A model generated the notes under the pieces. That model ran no database searches, had not been told where the DNA came from, and worked only from the letters and a program-made list of their open reading frames with translations. Both the position numbers and the translations under genes were made by a program. From Mytilus edulis (lineage: Eukaryota), in contig NC_092354.1 in NCBI RefSeq assembly GCF_963676685.1, positions 28,768,001 through 28,832,000 on the forward strand: DNA of 64,000 nucleotides, written 5' to 3'. Positions 13,419-27,900 of the stretch are shown one piece after another (positions within the stretch are counted from its first letter, which is position 1; every line of letters begins with the position of its first letter).

Positions 13419-14497
13419 AATATATTATAATACTTCAATAATCAACGATCTTAACTAAAGGGTTTTCTTTTGGGGAGACTATATATTAAAGGGGTACATG
13501 TATAGAAATTTTTTTTGGGAAAAAACAAAAAATAAATGTTTAAAAATAAAACTGGATAGTTTAAACTATACCTTGTTTGAAATGTAAATAAATTATTGAA
13601 TTGACTAATACATGTTGGTATTGTGTGGTCACAATGAAGAATTATAGGTGAACTGGAAATCAATTTATTTATTAGGCGAGGTTTATTCCGTAGATACCTT
13701 TAGATAGAATTTTAATCAAGAGTGATTGATTGATTGTTGGTTGGTTAACGTCCAGTGGCAAACGGGTTCAAACAGAAAGATGTTGAAAGCAGTCAGAGAA
13801 AACTGTGCATCTTATAATCGGCATGACTTTATCAGATGACAATACCAATACTAAAATAAGGCTTAATGCATAGTTATATTCTTTAATTCAGTCACACTCC
13901 CGCGATATCACGGGTGTGTTATAGTTTGTTATAAAATTTAAACAATGAAAATTAGTATTTTGTTCCAGTACAATTAATTTATAAAATAAAGTGTAATATG
14001 CAATAAATTGGAATACTATCAAAATGCTTATTATTTTTTTCTTATCTATTTACAGACAAACTTCAATATAAATGTTGGATCAAACAATGTAATTATATAC
14101 AAAGGTAATAACTATTATAAATTTCCAAAATGTCTTATTTATTATGTCTGAATGATGCTAGTACCAAATACATGTCCATTCAATTGTTAAAAAAGCCAAT
14201 ATTCTATTTTCTAACTAATAGATGAAAGTTAACATTATAACACAATTGAAAATAGATATGGGGAATGTCTCAAAGAAATAACAACCCGACCAAAGAGCAA
14301 ATAACAGTAGAAGGCCAACAATGGGTCTTCAATACAGTCAGAAAATTCCGTACTTGGAGAAATACTTAAGTAGGACCCTAAAAAACAACTTCAGTGATAA
14401 TGAACGTCATAATAACACCCAAATATACCATAAAATAAAGGTCTGAAGTCAACGAGTATGTTACACTCATGAAATATATATATATATATATATCAAA

Positions 14498-14947
14498 AAC
14501 AACAAGAGGCTGTCACAACGACAGCAAACCGGATTTATTAACATTTATTTGTATCCTGCCAATATCACAAGAACCATAACTCCTGAACGGTAAAAGTCAA
14601 AATCGTCATTATTGAACTTGACCTCCATTTTGTCATCAGTAACAACATATTAAAATTTGAGAAGCTTTGGTTGAACAGTTCATGAGTAAATGCACGGACA
14701 CGACTGGAAATGCCATTTTTCAATCTTTCAAGAAACGTAACTCCTGAACGGTAAATGTCAAAATCGTCATTATTGAACTTGACCTTCATTTTGTAGTCTG
14801 TAACAACATATTAAAATTTGAAAAGCTTTGGTTGAATGGTTCATGAGTAAATGCACGGACAACATTTGGTTGCCAAACCGCCCGCCCGCCCACCGTACAT
14901 CCCCAAATCAATAACCGACATTTTTGTCACAAAAATCCGGTTAAAAA
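14498..14947 (-). mobile_element. Helentron-associated non-autonomous element (HINE-like), ~2 internal units
   Basis: Subterminal IR aaccggattt/aaatccggtt, palindrome atttttgtcacaaaaat, (cgcc)n microsatellite and hairpin gctgtcacaacgacagc. Same family as 28301-29387. Confidence 0.75.
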
Positions 14948-16666
14948 CATAAATAGTGCTACAAAAGATAACTCTTCCTTTTAGCAGTAATTATCATAAA
15001 CACTTATGCGTTAATTATGAAATAGTGCTCTGACCTGTCTGTTTGTCTGTTGGTATAGTGAACTTTAAATATCACTCTTATGCAATCTAACCACCATAAT
15101 CTGGATTTATAATATTCATTTTATATGAAACTAAATATAAAATTGACAAACAATACATATTATAAAAACATAAAAATAGTCTTTGAGATATGCATAATAC
15201 AGTTATAATAAAAAAAAACATGTATTAACCAATTGTTTAAAAGTTACATACAATTGATATATCACACTGAACATCAATAACAAATTTAATTTGACACAAT
15301 TAAGATGATTCTTTATAAAACATATTATTTATTAAAAGATAATCTGTGTATAATGAAGAATTTGCATAGTGTCACTTTTCAAATCTTTGGTCTGGTGCAC
15401 ATATTTTGCTTCATTTGTATCATAAATATTATTCTCATACATGTTTTTCTTTTTCAATTTCAGAAAGTGACAAACAAAAAAAAAACCAATGGATTGACAA
15501 AGAAAAAAAATATATTTATATATTCACCATAGTTTTTATTTCATATAGCCTTCCAAAGTTTTAAACTTTTAAAAAGGTAATAGTTCAGTAAACATGTCAT
15601 CCATTACAATTTCCAAGTAAACGCCCTCCTACCGCTTCTATTGCAGCTATCAATACCAAATTTGAACCATCGATAGACCTCATCATGAAGTTTTACAAGA
15701 TGAACTTTTGTAGGATTTTATCATCCCCTTAAGAAGTTATCTCCCTTTTTAAAAGATATCATGACTTCATTTAGACAAAAGGTAGATATCATCATGATGT
15801 ATTACCATATGAGGCTGCATAGGATTTCATCATCCCCTATAAGAGTTATATTCCCTTGAAGAAATTTTCTTTTATTTGCATTTTTCTTAAAAAGTATTAG
15901 ACAAAATGTACAGGAACAGATAGCAATGTTAATGAACATATACAATCATTTGTTATTAACCCTTATAAGGAGTTATTTTTCTTGAAAAAGTATACACAAT
16001 GTTTGAGAATTGTATTTCGAGAACCGGAAGTCATAGGGACTTGGGATCAATAATCTTAAGTTCATGTGACCTTCAATTTGCACCCAAGGTAAAAGGTCAC
16101 CAAGTGCAAACAAAAATTACGCTGCAATTTCAAGCTTGCATATTAAGAAAACGATACGAGTTTGCTGCATACATACTGTGTATAAAAATGTCCTCTCGAC
16201 GAGCTCTACATTTTTTACATAAGCCCAAAAATGTCCGACCGTCTGTTCAAAAGTTACATTAACATTATTCTTAAAACTATAGTAACATATGTATATCTTG
16301 ACCTTCACAGTATACAATGTTGTCCCTTAACTGTAGATCATTTATCATTTAATAGATTTGAGATATCTATTGTCGTTTTAGAGATAATGCAGTTTGAAAT
16401 TTCTTTTAAGATAGGGTTGTTGTATATTAAATGAAAGGTCATGATGTTTACATTTGAAATATCAAATTCCCGACCTCCAAAAATTAGTTGGATAGGGTTA
16501 TTAAGTGCGAAAATCAAACTTTCCAGAACATGGCGTTGTCACATATCAAATGAAAGCTCATCTACCCTGTGTTACATATATCATACTTCCAATCTCAAAA
16601 ATGTAGGCGGATGAGGTGATTAAGTGTAAAAAGCGAAAAGTTTCAAAAGATATGCTTGTCGTTTAT

Positions 16667-16745
16667 TAGTCCGAGATTACTCTGACGTCCAACGGCTGTT
16701 TTGCCAGACAAGCTGGGGCCGTGGGACGTCAGAGCTCGTCCCATA
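16667..16745 (+). mobile_element. Possible 5' terminus of an Academ-type transposon
   Basis: TAG start followed by hairpin ctctgacgtcc...ggacgtcagag, ~450 bp upstream of a RecQ-like helicase. The partner TIR was not found in the window. Confidence 0.3.
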
Positions 16746-17120
16746 TCAAAGAGTGGATATTTGCCCACCCAAAATAGATGCGCTGCTTCGTCGCTTCTAA
16801 TGCCGACTTTTATAAACCGGACATCAATCTGTTCATTTTTCATTTATTTTTCCATTTATGTAACTTTCACCTACCTGCCAATCTTTATTTTTCCATATTT
16901 TAACAGTTTTCGCAGAGACCCATCGATTTCTGCATTTCGACTTTCATTTTCAAATGGACTTCAAGTTACGAGAGAGTTCGTGGCCTCGAGACTTCAGTAT
17001 GAAAATTTTTATGCTAATTTCGACCTTGACCCTACATAGCCAAACATGATAACAATCGGAACATACTCGGACATTTAGTTCATTCGCATCGTAAATGACC
17101 GAGGAGTTCTCATAAACAAT

Positions 17121-18978
17121 ATGAACAGATATACAGATGATGTAATGAAAGAACTCGGGAATTTGCAGCTGAAAGAGGAGCAGAAAACGGTCATTGAAAG
17201 TGTTCTCAAAAAGCAGGACATATTAGCAGTCTTGCCAACCGGATACGGGAAAAGCATGTGTTACATAGTCCCGCCGCTTGTTCTGAACAAAGTGAGTATT
17301 TTGAAAATTTATAAAATGTTGTTTTCAAAGACGACATCAAAAGATCGATGTAGGATAAAAAACTGAAATCAAATAGTTTGGGGATGGGGGGTCAACATTG
17401 CAAGTTTTGTTAATCTAAAATCGATTTTACATATATCCCTATTGGTCAATCAATTTTTCCCAAATTAAGTTAAGAAAACGGGGGGGGGGGGGGGGGGGGT
17501 CAGTGAAAATATGTGAATTAAGTTTTTTATCCTTTTTGTCCTTCATTGAACTTTTGATGTCGTCCCTTAGTATTAATAACAATCAATAACATACAGCTCT
17601 ATCATAAATGTCGTAGCCCCCCTTTTCTCCTATTGTTAAAACCAATTGTTTTTGTGCTTAAATCAGTTGCTCGACAGCGTTATATAAAAATATGGAATTC
17701 CCAAAATATGATAAAGAAAAAAATAGGAATTTTGAAAGCGTTTTTGTTTTCCTTTTTAGGATGACCCTTCTAAGATGCACACAAGTCTGGTCATTTCACC
17801 TTTAAAGGCATTAATGAAGGACCAAATTAAAACTTTACGAGAACAGAATATTCCAGCATATGGATTGTTGGAAGGTGCAGAGAAAGAGGATTTAGCAGGT
17901 ACATGTATTTTAATATATGATAAATAAAGTATGTTCATAGAATTAGGTTGGAAATGGGTAATGTCACACTGAAATAAATAGTCAACAAATCCAGGAAAAC
18001 AAACTAGAAGACGACCCATACATTGTACAGTGCCATATATTGGAGTTTACTCTTTCTTTCAAAATTCTAAACAGAGATTGTTTGTTTGTTTAGGCTGGTT
18101 TTGGGTAAATCTAAATTGCTCTGAAGTCCAACAGGTATTTTGACAGACACTAAGCTAAGGGGTCTATCATAACCAGTTAGGTTCCTTTTTTCAGCGCATA
18201 TACTTATGATATAACGTATCAAAAGATAAATAATCAACAAGATTTCAATTATCGTTCTTGATTTTATGTTAATTTTAATCTTTCTTTTTTTAGGTATTAA
18301 AGATGGACTTGCCAGAATATTATTTGCATCACCAGAAGCAATACTGGTGAAGTTCTGGCGTGATGTCATCACCGAGGCCTATAAGGATAGGATATGTGTA
18401 GTTGCGTATGATGAGGCGCAGTGTATCTCTGAATGGTAAGGGGCTGATTGTAAACTTTAAAGGGGTGGATGTTTTTTTCTCAGTAATACTGTTTCTTCGC
18501 AAAACATGATAAATTTTATTTATCTTTTGTACGCATCATGAAACTTATTCCTTTTTTGTTTTCGATTTAATGATAGGTTCAAATTGTCATCTCATTTCAC
18601 TTTCTTTTTCAAAACTCATGATCGTCCTGAACATTCATAAAATATTTGCCACTGGACGGTAAGCAACCAACAATTAATCAATCAAAAATCATGAAAAAAA
18701 TGGTATTAATTTTATTTAAAGATATAAATCATGGGGATAACTTATTGTCATATTACGAGACACAATAATCAAAGGGGAATTAATGGTTTCATTTCTTTTT
18801 TGTTTAGGGGATTAAACTTCAGACCAGAATATGGCAAAGTTGGTCTTCTTCAAAGTATCATCGAAGCTCCAGTACTGGTGTTATCTGCTACTATCACAAA
18901 TGACATCAGAAAGGATATTGACAGAGCTTTAGGTCTACAACAACACTCAACAAAAGTAGTTGCAACATTACCAGATAG
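17121..18978 (+). CDS. RecQ-family SF2 helicase, first RecA domain only (exons 17121-17291, 17760-17898, 18294-18435, 18808-18978); probably transposon-borne and truncated
   Basis: In-frame GT-AG splicing gives motif I LPTGYGKSMCY, Ia VISPLKALMKDQ, Ib FASPE, II DEAQCISEWG-NFRPEY and III LSAT. Motifs IV-VI not seen. Confidence 0.85.
17328..17566. mobile_element. Small MITE in RecQ intron 1
   Basis: Inverted ends gacgacatcaaaag / cttttgatgtcgtc. Confidence 0.6.
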
Positions 18979-19104
18979 GTAAATATACATGCATGATTTA
19001 ATAGCATTCTCAATTAAAAAAAAATAGATAATCACTGTTTGCATAAATATCTTTTAAAAGATAAACAAATTGGTTGTTTAATAGGTCAGACTGCCATTTG
19101 TAAA

Positions 19105-19870
19105 TATAAAAAAGAAGATGTGGTATGATTTTCTTTGACACAACTTTTCAGAAAAGACCAAATGACACAGAAATTTACAACCATAGGCCACTTTATCTAC
19201 AGCCATTAAAAATCACAAATTCCCATACTGTGTTGTAAAACAGGAAAACTTTTCATCATTTTCCATAAATTTTATGATGCCAAAAGCATAGTTGCATATG
19301 TTCGTCTTAACATGAATATTTCCATTTTTGTTTCACAATTCTACCAATGTTTAATCTCCTGATGAGGAAAATAAACATATCATTTTGATATTTCATGATT
19401 TCCTTGGTTTTAATCGTACTTGCCCATTTTTCAACAAATGCACATTTAACATCCACGTAAAAAAAGAAGATGTGGTATGATTGCCAATGAGACAACTCTC
19501 CACAAGAGACCAACATAGTATACGTAGATGTACATTGTATTGTCATATGACTGTACAAATGTATTAACAATGTACATGTACTATGGTTGTGTAAAATACA
19601 CATACATTTCACCTAGCTAACCCAGATGAAATCTACCTTACTGTTCCTCCTGGATACATTTGAAGCTCACTTGTAATTCAACTGGCTAACAAACCAAGTT
19701 CAACAATAATTACAATGTATGTTATGGAAATTCAACCGTGACAAACTGGAACCTGTATAGCTCACCTGTTACAATGGCTCAAACTGAATTTAAGTAATCA
19801 GAGATGTATAAGTCTTCAATTCAAATATAAAAAAAGAAGATGTGGTATGATTGCCAATGAGACAATGACA
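19105..19870 (+). repeat. Three fragments of an abundant SINE-like repeat
   Basis: aaaaagaagatgtggtatgattgccaatgagacaact motif near 19108, 19460 and 19830, and again near 27972, 38072 and 47512. Confidence 0.7.
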
Positions 19871-20094
19871 ATTTTCACCCGAAGACATTTTTGAGCGTTA
19901 TCAGACACACACTTTAGGATTTGTTGACTATGGGGTATTGGCTTTGATCATATGTCATACGGTTGTTATGGTCTTTTTCCATTATTCTTCTGTGAAGAGT
20001 TATCTCATTAGCAATTGCAATCATACCACATCTGTTTAATTGACTGTTTATTGTACAGTTTTCAATAAATTTGCCAAAGTTATCAAATTTCACT

Positions 20095-20442
20095 AGTTAC
20101 TGTGGCAAAAATTGAAACCAGAAAATAAGAGGTTGCATTTCAGAAATCCTTGTATTGTAGTTCCTGAGAAAAATGTGACGAACATTTTCAACTTGGTTAT
20201 CATGTGTAAAATAATACAAGTGTTCGGTAAACAGGAAGTTGTCGAGTGATGGATCTGAAAAGGCTTCAAACGGTGTAGTAGACTTATATAAACCCTGAAA
20301 CCAAATATCAGAAATCCGTATATTGTAGTTCCTCAGAAAAATGCGACGAAAAATATTCATGGGACGGACGGACTGACGGACTGACGGAAGGACAGACAGA
20401 GGTAAAACAGTATACCCCCTTTTTTTCAAAGCGGGGGTATAA
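20095..20442 (-). mobile_element. Partial HINE-like element
   Basis: (ggac/gact)n microsatellite, terminal palindrome tataccccc...gggggtata and two internal repeat units. Confidence 0.6.
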
Positions 20443-20475
20443 TTACTATTGAAATGATATATTCTTTACTTTCAG

Positions 20476-23251
20476 TATCATCATTAAAGAAAATACCTAA
20501 AACTTTACAAGATAGTTGGAATGGTCTGAAGAAGGAAAAATATTTTAAAGAAGACAAGAAAGCTATTAAAGTTGAAAATGTTTAATAAATCCAAATATGC
20601 AATTAAGTGGACTGTTATAAAAACAATTTTTTGATATACTGTAAAAAAAAAAAAGTGGATGAATAATAGAAACCTTATTAGCCCTTAGTTGACAAGAGTG
20701 AATACTTGCCAGTTAAGTTAAAGCTGTTATTATAATTACATGTGGTACAAGTGAGACAACTAAAAGACACAGATGTGAAGACTTGTATATGCAATTAACA
20801 TGTTACCTTATTTTTAGATCTTGAAGTTCAACAACACATTTTCAGAGGCCCATGTGATATGACTAGCATTGGTTGATAATTGTTTTGTTTATGAGGGTAA
20901 TTATTTTTACTGATACATTCTTTCAAAGCTATTACTCTGTCTTATATTACATTTTTCCAAACTGTTATGTTCTTTTGTCAATCTGAAGCAAGTGAATGTT
21001 ACTTGATAATGTTAAATTGAACAGACCACCATTTTACTTACTGTATTGCACATTATATAATGCTTAAAAGCTTAATGCTTTAAAGCTTAAAGAATTTAAG
21101 ATAAGTTATGTTCAGGTTTAAAAAAAGGAACTGATGTTGATAGACTTAACTATACTGATGGTAATTATTAACTAGTTTAATTTTTTGGTTGCTTCCTTTA
21201 AAATATTCCCGTGGGTATGTACCAATTTTTTGGGATTGAGGAAAAATCTATTTTTTGGGATTTTTGATTTTGTTGAGTTGCGCAATACAACTAATAGGTA
21301 ATTTATAATTCTTTTAATATTTAAGTGTGTGGTTCAGTTGTTCTTAGGAACTCCACAAGATTTGGTATCACACAAATAATTATGAATCCACAGTTTAGGT
21401 TGTTGAATTATTAATTAATACATTTTCGTTTGGTTTAAAGGTAGTGATTTGATGAAGGATGCGTTTTCAAGCTCGATGGAAGTTAAAGACAAATATAAGG
21501 AAGTGGTTACTTCACAGAATGTTTTCTTGCAACCACAAGGTAAACACCTTCAAATTCATACTATTACAATTTTTTTATAGTCATGATAGTAGCAGTGATT
21601 AAATCTGTTTTTGAAACGGTACACATGCATGACATGCTGTATTAAAGTTTGCTTCTCTTTATACCAACTTCATTCAATGAAGAAAAATTATACATTTTGT
21701 ACACTTTTCAACTTTCTATTAACTGATATGTATTTGTTAATTTTTTTTCATCTATCGTGGACAGATATTTGCCACATTTTTATTCAGAAAGTACTAAAAA
21801 CAATATCAGCTTTTTCGGATCTAGCATTTTTGTGTATCAGCTACTTTTAAATATAAACAAAGATTTATAATTCTAATTTTATTTTTAGATGTTAGAGGAG
21901 CAGTTTCAGACAGTGTAAGTAATGCCTTAACAAAGCACTGTTTTGACATGGCCATGGGAGAAATCAGAAATTTGATTGGGGCAGTTTGATGTCCACCAAA
22001 TAAAATGCAAGGTATCCTTAAAAACCATAGTTACTACAGAACAACCTGAAGACAATTTCTTCTTCATTAAACCTCTGAATTTTGTTTTCTTTTAATATTT
22101 GATATCCATGAAAAATGGTATTCCTGAAATAATAATGAATCAACAGTGGATTTTTAAGTTTGTGCCGTGATCTGTGTTTCTAAAACAAATATTCTTATAT
22201 GTGGAGAGTTGTCTCATTGGCAATCATACTAAATCTTTTTAATTATAAAATAAATAAGAATAGAAACATTTTAATTTTAAAAACAAAACAAAACAATTAT
22301 TTTACTGTATTGATCATGATGATGAAACATCCAAATGAATATGCATTGATTTCACATAATGTGTCATTGATTTTGATTTTCTCAAATTTTGGCATAACCA
22401 AGTAATGACATTAAAAAAATACCTTAACATATAATTGTAATACAAATGTAACAAACCAAAATGCGTAGCACGAAGTTAAACAATTACTTGTTTAATGTTT
22501 TTGTATGTATTTTTTAGGTACAGGAAGTATGAAAAATTTCTTTGACAATCCAGAAAATTGTCCACAGTGGTGGAAAGACACAAGTGTTCCTCTTCCATCA
22601 CTTAATCACCCTAAGAGTAAGTTATATTTGCAGTTCTTAATATCAACGGTACATTTTTCCATAAGTGGCTGCATCTAATCAAAAAGGACCTTTACATGAT
22701 AACATTTAAATGTAGGAAATCTAGATAAACTATTTCCACTATTGGCCAACGTGGTTAAGAGGCCTGTTATTAACCACTCCATTAAAGAAAAGCTTTTTTT
22801 TTTCATTTATGGAAAACATTTTCCCTTGCTTCTCTGATGTGCTTCTCTGATGTGCAGCATCCTCAGCCAATCCATGTTGTTTGGGTACCAAGCAAACCAA
22901 GCAGGTAAATAATGTTCAAATGTGCAGGAATTATCATGATACTGTACCAAAAGAGGGACATAATTTATGTTTGCTGTTTTAGGTAGCATTGCAGGATGGG
23001 AATGGGATTCTTTACCGATGGCATACAGATATTGTTCTCGGTTTAGTCTAGACCCGATTGTCAATGTGGTATCAGCAAACCTTAGCCATGTGCACATTCA
23101 TCCTGGCCTAACTAACGAAGATGGTGAAACGGGTGAAATAGATCATTTTCATGAGCAAGAAATAGATGCAGAGCCTGTTATGAGCCAACCTGTAAATGCT
23201 AACACCTATACTTTTGGAACGTACATTACCAGATGCACTCATTTAAATTAA
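20476..23251 (+). pseudogene. Multi-exon NRF1/EWG-like DNA-binding-domain pseudogene (exons ~20476-20580, 20818-20896, 21441-21539, 21889-22011, 22518-22616, 22983-23251)
   Basis: Phase-1 GT-AG junctions join the last five exons in frame. Motifs KKTRKLLKLK, FVYEG, DMAMGEIRNLI and CPQWWKD occur in the order of NRF1's TRLLRKL, FKVFG, MTQAQLRAFI and KPIWWP. Two in-frame TGA stops. Confidence 0.55.
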
Positions 23252-23714
23252 GACATACATAACTGACTCTGAGACATCATTTGAATAAATCGTAGTGGAC
23301 ATACATGCTTTGTACAGCAATACTTAAGAAATGCTACCACTGGAGGAAGGACTTTCTGTTAGAGGGGACTTGAGTCCAACATCTTTGAACCCCAAAAATG
23401 CAAAGAGGTTGACTATAGTGAGAATTCTCAAAAGAGCTGAAGACTATTGTGACAATATAGCGATGATTCAATGATTCATTTCAGATTGACGTCGTTTGCG
23501 ACTTAATCTAATTTTTGAATTAGAACAATTGTATGTTGCCTGCATATGTATTAGATCGCAAACTTCTTGAATCCAAGGATTCATTAATTTCTACTTCTTT
23601 CATTTCAACCCGATAACAAAGAGCTCATGATTATAAAATATTGTTGGTGTGATCTTTACAGTAGCAATTCCGTGACTATTTAGTATTTAGTAAACAACAA
23701 TTTGATTAATTTAA

Positions 23715-23948
23715 TTTTGTCTCCAAAACTAAAACCCGGTCAAAATACACAAAAAAGAACTTTTAATTTGATAAGAAATGCAGAACGACAGGCAAAAACT
23801 AGGGCAACCAACAGACTAAAAAAAGCGGTAGCGAAACTGAAAACTTTAACAGTAGAACCAGTGGAGGTCTTGGTTTTAATTCAAGAAAAGAAAACACAAA
23901 AATTCAAGTATATGGGATATGTCAGTATGTTAAATAAATTTGCACTGA
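23715..23948 (+). pseudogene. NRF1-N-terminus-like (helix + beta-hairpin) ORF fragment, cut by a DIRS-like insertion
   Basis: KPG...RQAKTRATNRLKKAVAKLKTLTVEPVEVLVLIQEKKTQKFKYMG, similar to the 46688-47030 ORF. Confidence 0.4.
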
Positions 23949-23951
23949 CGG

Positions 23952-24905
23952 ATGGCCGCAGACACAACAACCGACCACGTGCATGATGCCTTATTAGGAA
24001 GTGCGGCATCCCAAGATGCATCGGTAGAAACAAACAATAGAACCTTAATAAACATTGTTTCAAGACTGTCAACTACAGTGCAGTCCTTGCAACAAAATGT
24101 TACAACACTAACTGGCCAAGTTAATACCCTTATTACTCAGAGAACAATGGACGCGCGTGAACAGACAACAACAACAACGATAACCGGAAACACGTGGATC
24201 CCTACTTTCGGTTCAACCGGAAATCATGGAAGTGAAGTCAATGCCAATGGTCTTAACTTCAATTTGGAGACAGCATACTCCGCTCTGAAGAGTAATGCAT
24301 TGCCAACAGCTGCACGAGGCAGCGAGGAACAGCTCTTAGGAACAATCGTTATGTTCAAACACCAAGAGGCTATTCAGCTGAATCTTAGCCGTTCGTGGAA
24401 ACAGTAACACCCCCAATTAAGGAGAAACATCATTTCAGGTATGGACATAAACCTATCCTCACTTCTAATCCCGTATTACGTGGGAATGGGTACTACAGAC
24501 GGGGAAGATAAGAGTGAAACTTCTAGTTATCATACAAAACCTGACCCACGGTTAAATAGATCTTCGACTATTGGGGAGTTTATACAAGCGTTTGGGATTT
24601 ACAAGAACATAATGTGTTCAGCGTTCCCCCACCGTAGGAGTGAGCTCGACACATATGAGAGAGACATTGTAGACATGGCATCGCGATACCCTGGCAATGG
24701 GTTCTATGAGTACCATAGGAGATTTTTACCTCGATTCAGCTGCACATTTGCGATACAATAATATGGCAGTTGATTGGTCCATACGGAACAATACCTTATT
24801 TTGTAATATATTCACAAATATAAGGCCTAACACCTGTAATAATTGTGGAAGTACCTTTCACACTTCAGAATTTTGTTCTGCAACTCAAAGGTCATCAGGA
24901 AATAA
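23952..24905 (+). mobile_element. DIRS/tyrosine-recombinase retrotransposon gag-like ORF1 relic
   Basis: EFIQAFGIYKNIMCSAFPHRRSELDTYERDI...FYEYHRRF...DWS followed by a CNNCGSTFHTSEFC knuckle. Broken over three ORFs by frameshifts. Confidence 0.65.
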
Positions 24906-27900
24906 AATAAATGATTCACAGGTGATCATGATGATATTTTCATTTAATTCTTCTTTTTCAGCATATCTGGCCCTAGTTCATGTACCAGTAATCAAATTGA
25001 ACTGAATAAGAGGCAAGATAATTGCATTTTAGGCAACAATTATGCTGCATCAGTAGCAATCCTAGTTATAGATAGACATATAATAATTTTATGTTTTCTA
25101 CCGAACATGCTAAAGACTTGATATGTGGATCAATAATGTAAAATTTCTTCTTTATTGGTTGGAAAATGAATACTGCTTTAAGATATCCAGAAATGTAATT
25201 GTTGATCATGTGTCTGATGAAATTGTTCTTTTGTTTAACTAAACATACTAAAATTCATTATATTGGTGATCAGTGACGCCTTTTGTGAATTTAAATGGTG
25301 TTGAAACTGGAATAGGTAATCCAAAAATCACATGTTTAGTAATATCTACGACAGTTCAATTCGTATACGTACATATGTACTCAGGTCAAATTTAGGAGTT
25401 TTTATTCAGATATTTGGACTGCTTGTTATTTTCTTTTATCTATTATCCATTTTTAGGCAGTAAATAAGAATTTCAACATGTTCAATAGCCATGATAGCTC
25501 ATCAAAGATCATTTACTAAAACTGAAGCAGTTTCTATATTTCCTTTCCCAAGGAATACTGAAGCAAATATAATGTAAATGTCTGAGTCAGCCCTTTCTTT
25601 ATATTTTTTACGCAATCCAAGCAATTCTGACTTCAATTATCAATTTTCAATTTCTAATAGGTGAAATTGAATAAATCAAGAACTCAGTTGTTTAATTTCA
25701 TGTTAGATTCTTGATTTATTCAATTTCACCTAAGTACATCCTTAATCATGTTCACGCTAATTTCAATACTTCACCATTCACCAACCAAGTTTAAATTCAC
25801 GTGGTTTTGTTTACTTCCAACATATTCAATATTCTCAAAACTGGTAGTGTGAGTCTTTAGTATTTTTGTCCAGGTTGTAGAAAACGTCTTGAATTAAATT
25901 AATATAGTTGTGAATTTTTTTCTTGAGTGCAATGTTACAAAAGTTGCAATATCATTGTTATATTGTCAGAACAGTAAGGTACTTGTTTTTTGAAATGCTT
26001 GTTGATTTGTTAACTAATACTGTTGTTTGTTAGAAGTACAGTCCAAATAAATGTTATGCTGTTAAATAAAAGATGTGACTTTTATGTTTTCCTTGTAATG
26101 GTGCTTATGAACAATCAATACTCAAATAAATGTCTCAGGAGAGTTTTTTTATATCACTTATATTTTGATACTTTTTTGTAATATACAAACCATATATAAA
26201 CTATCAGAATTTTAAAATGTTGAAGTGTTGTTTCAATTGAAAGGAATAGGTGTGTTTTGCTTCACACAAATTAATGAACTGACTTTGAGGTAAATCATTG
26301 TTGAGACAGCAGAACGTCATATTTAAAAAAAAATAACTTTAAAGTATGGCAATGATGGTTAAAACCTAGTGATGACAATTTTTAATAATGTCCAGATAAA
26401 GTTATTATGGTACAAGTGTGGTAGGACACTTTGAACGATTGATATTTATATACAGCATGAAGATTAAAAGTTAGGACAAATGTCTCTGTTTTTCATATAT
26501 CGGTTATTTTGCTATTTTTTGTAATGTACATACTATATATATATACTATTAGAACTATGTTGTTTTGTTTGAAGGGCATTGAAGTGTTTGTTTTATTCAT
26601 TTCTGATGAACTTACTCTTTTGTCATGTTTGAGATACACATTTTTTAAAATACATCAAGAATTGCTTGAATTTATTTTGAAATTTCATTGCGTTCTGTTT
26701 ACTTTCAAGTGCTTGATCTTGTCAGTTATATTTTTTGGTTATATAATTTGAATAAATAAGATTTTTACAGTCTGCCTTGTTTTCAATAGATAGTGGCGAC
26801 ACATGAAATATGGTGATTATAATTCTTTAATCAGGCTTTGGACACTTCCACATTTTTTGGTGCAAGTTTAATATGACTGCATCAATCCACAAGAAGTAGG
26901 GCATACTGCAAAGGTGCAGTGCAATATTCAAGGTTTTCTAGTCATTCTCTGTAAGTTTCAGAAAAATACAATTTTTTTCTACAGAAATTGTATGTTCTGA
27001 AAAATGGCTAGACAGTGCTTATGAATATTTTTTTTTGTGATGTATATATTTTTAACCTTGTTATAGAATTTTAATGATTCAAATACTTGCATAACATGTA
27101 TAAACCTGTGATGGTCATGATCTCATGTTGCTGATAAGCATGATAAGGTAACTGATTGCAAGCTATGTGGCTAATGCATTCAGTTTTATTTTTGTTACTC
27201 TGAATGATTTTATATTTCCATTTTTAGTGGTTATCTGTATATATTTCTTTACATTGTTAGTTTTTATTAGTTTAGTTGTAAACTGTTTATATTTTACATT
27301 GTCAGTTTTTTTTGTTGAGTTGGTAAATAAAGGAAGTAGCCAAGTTTGTTTCCATCATTTTCCACTAATAATAATATTTTTTTTTTTGTACTTCTATAAG
27401 ATATCAGTTAGACTTTTATATTTCACAATATAGTTATTAAACGTTTTTTGTATAAAATATCTGAAAAGGTCGTCTCTCTTAATTTAGACACAAAAAATCT
27501 CCCTATTTATCCTTAACATAGAAATTGAAAATTATTTAACATCGTTTCTACAAATTTATAGTTTGGAGCTTTAAAATATAATATTATATTATTTCTCCTT
27601 ATTCTTTTAACTTTCTTTTATAGAATGTGTGTTCAATGTCTTTTAAATATGGATATCAATTTTATACAACAACGGACGCTTTATCATAATTATCGATTTC
27701 AAGACTACAGAAAAGAAGATGTTTTTTTTAGATATATTAAGTTTTGTATTCATTGCCAAAATTGGCTTTTAGTAATCAAACACAATCAGTAATAACCTTA
27801 TATAGTGTAAAATCTTCACACAAACAAGAACAAGTCTATTCTAGCAACTTCAAAACACCTTCCATGTAAAATAAAAGTCCTAGAAAAAGATATGTCCGTA

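Noticed and set aside
17121-18978. Assigning a host symbol (RECQL, WRN, BLM)
   Set aside because: Only half the helicase is present, with no diagnostic flanking domains, in a transposon-rich context.
25400-25900. Coding-like fragments on the minus strand
   Set aside because: Too disrupted to assign.
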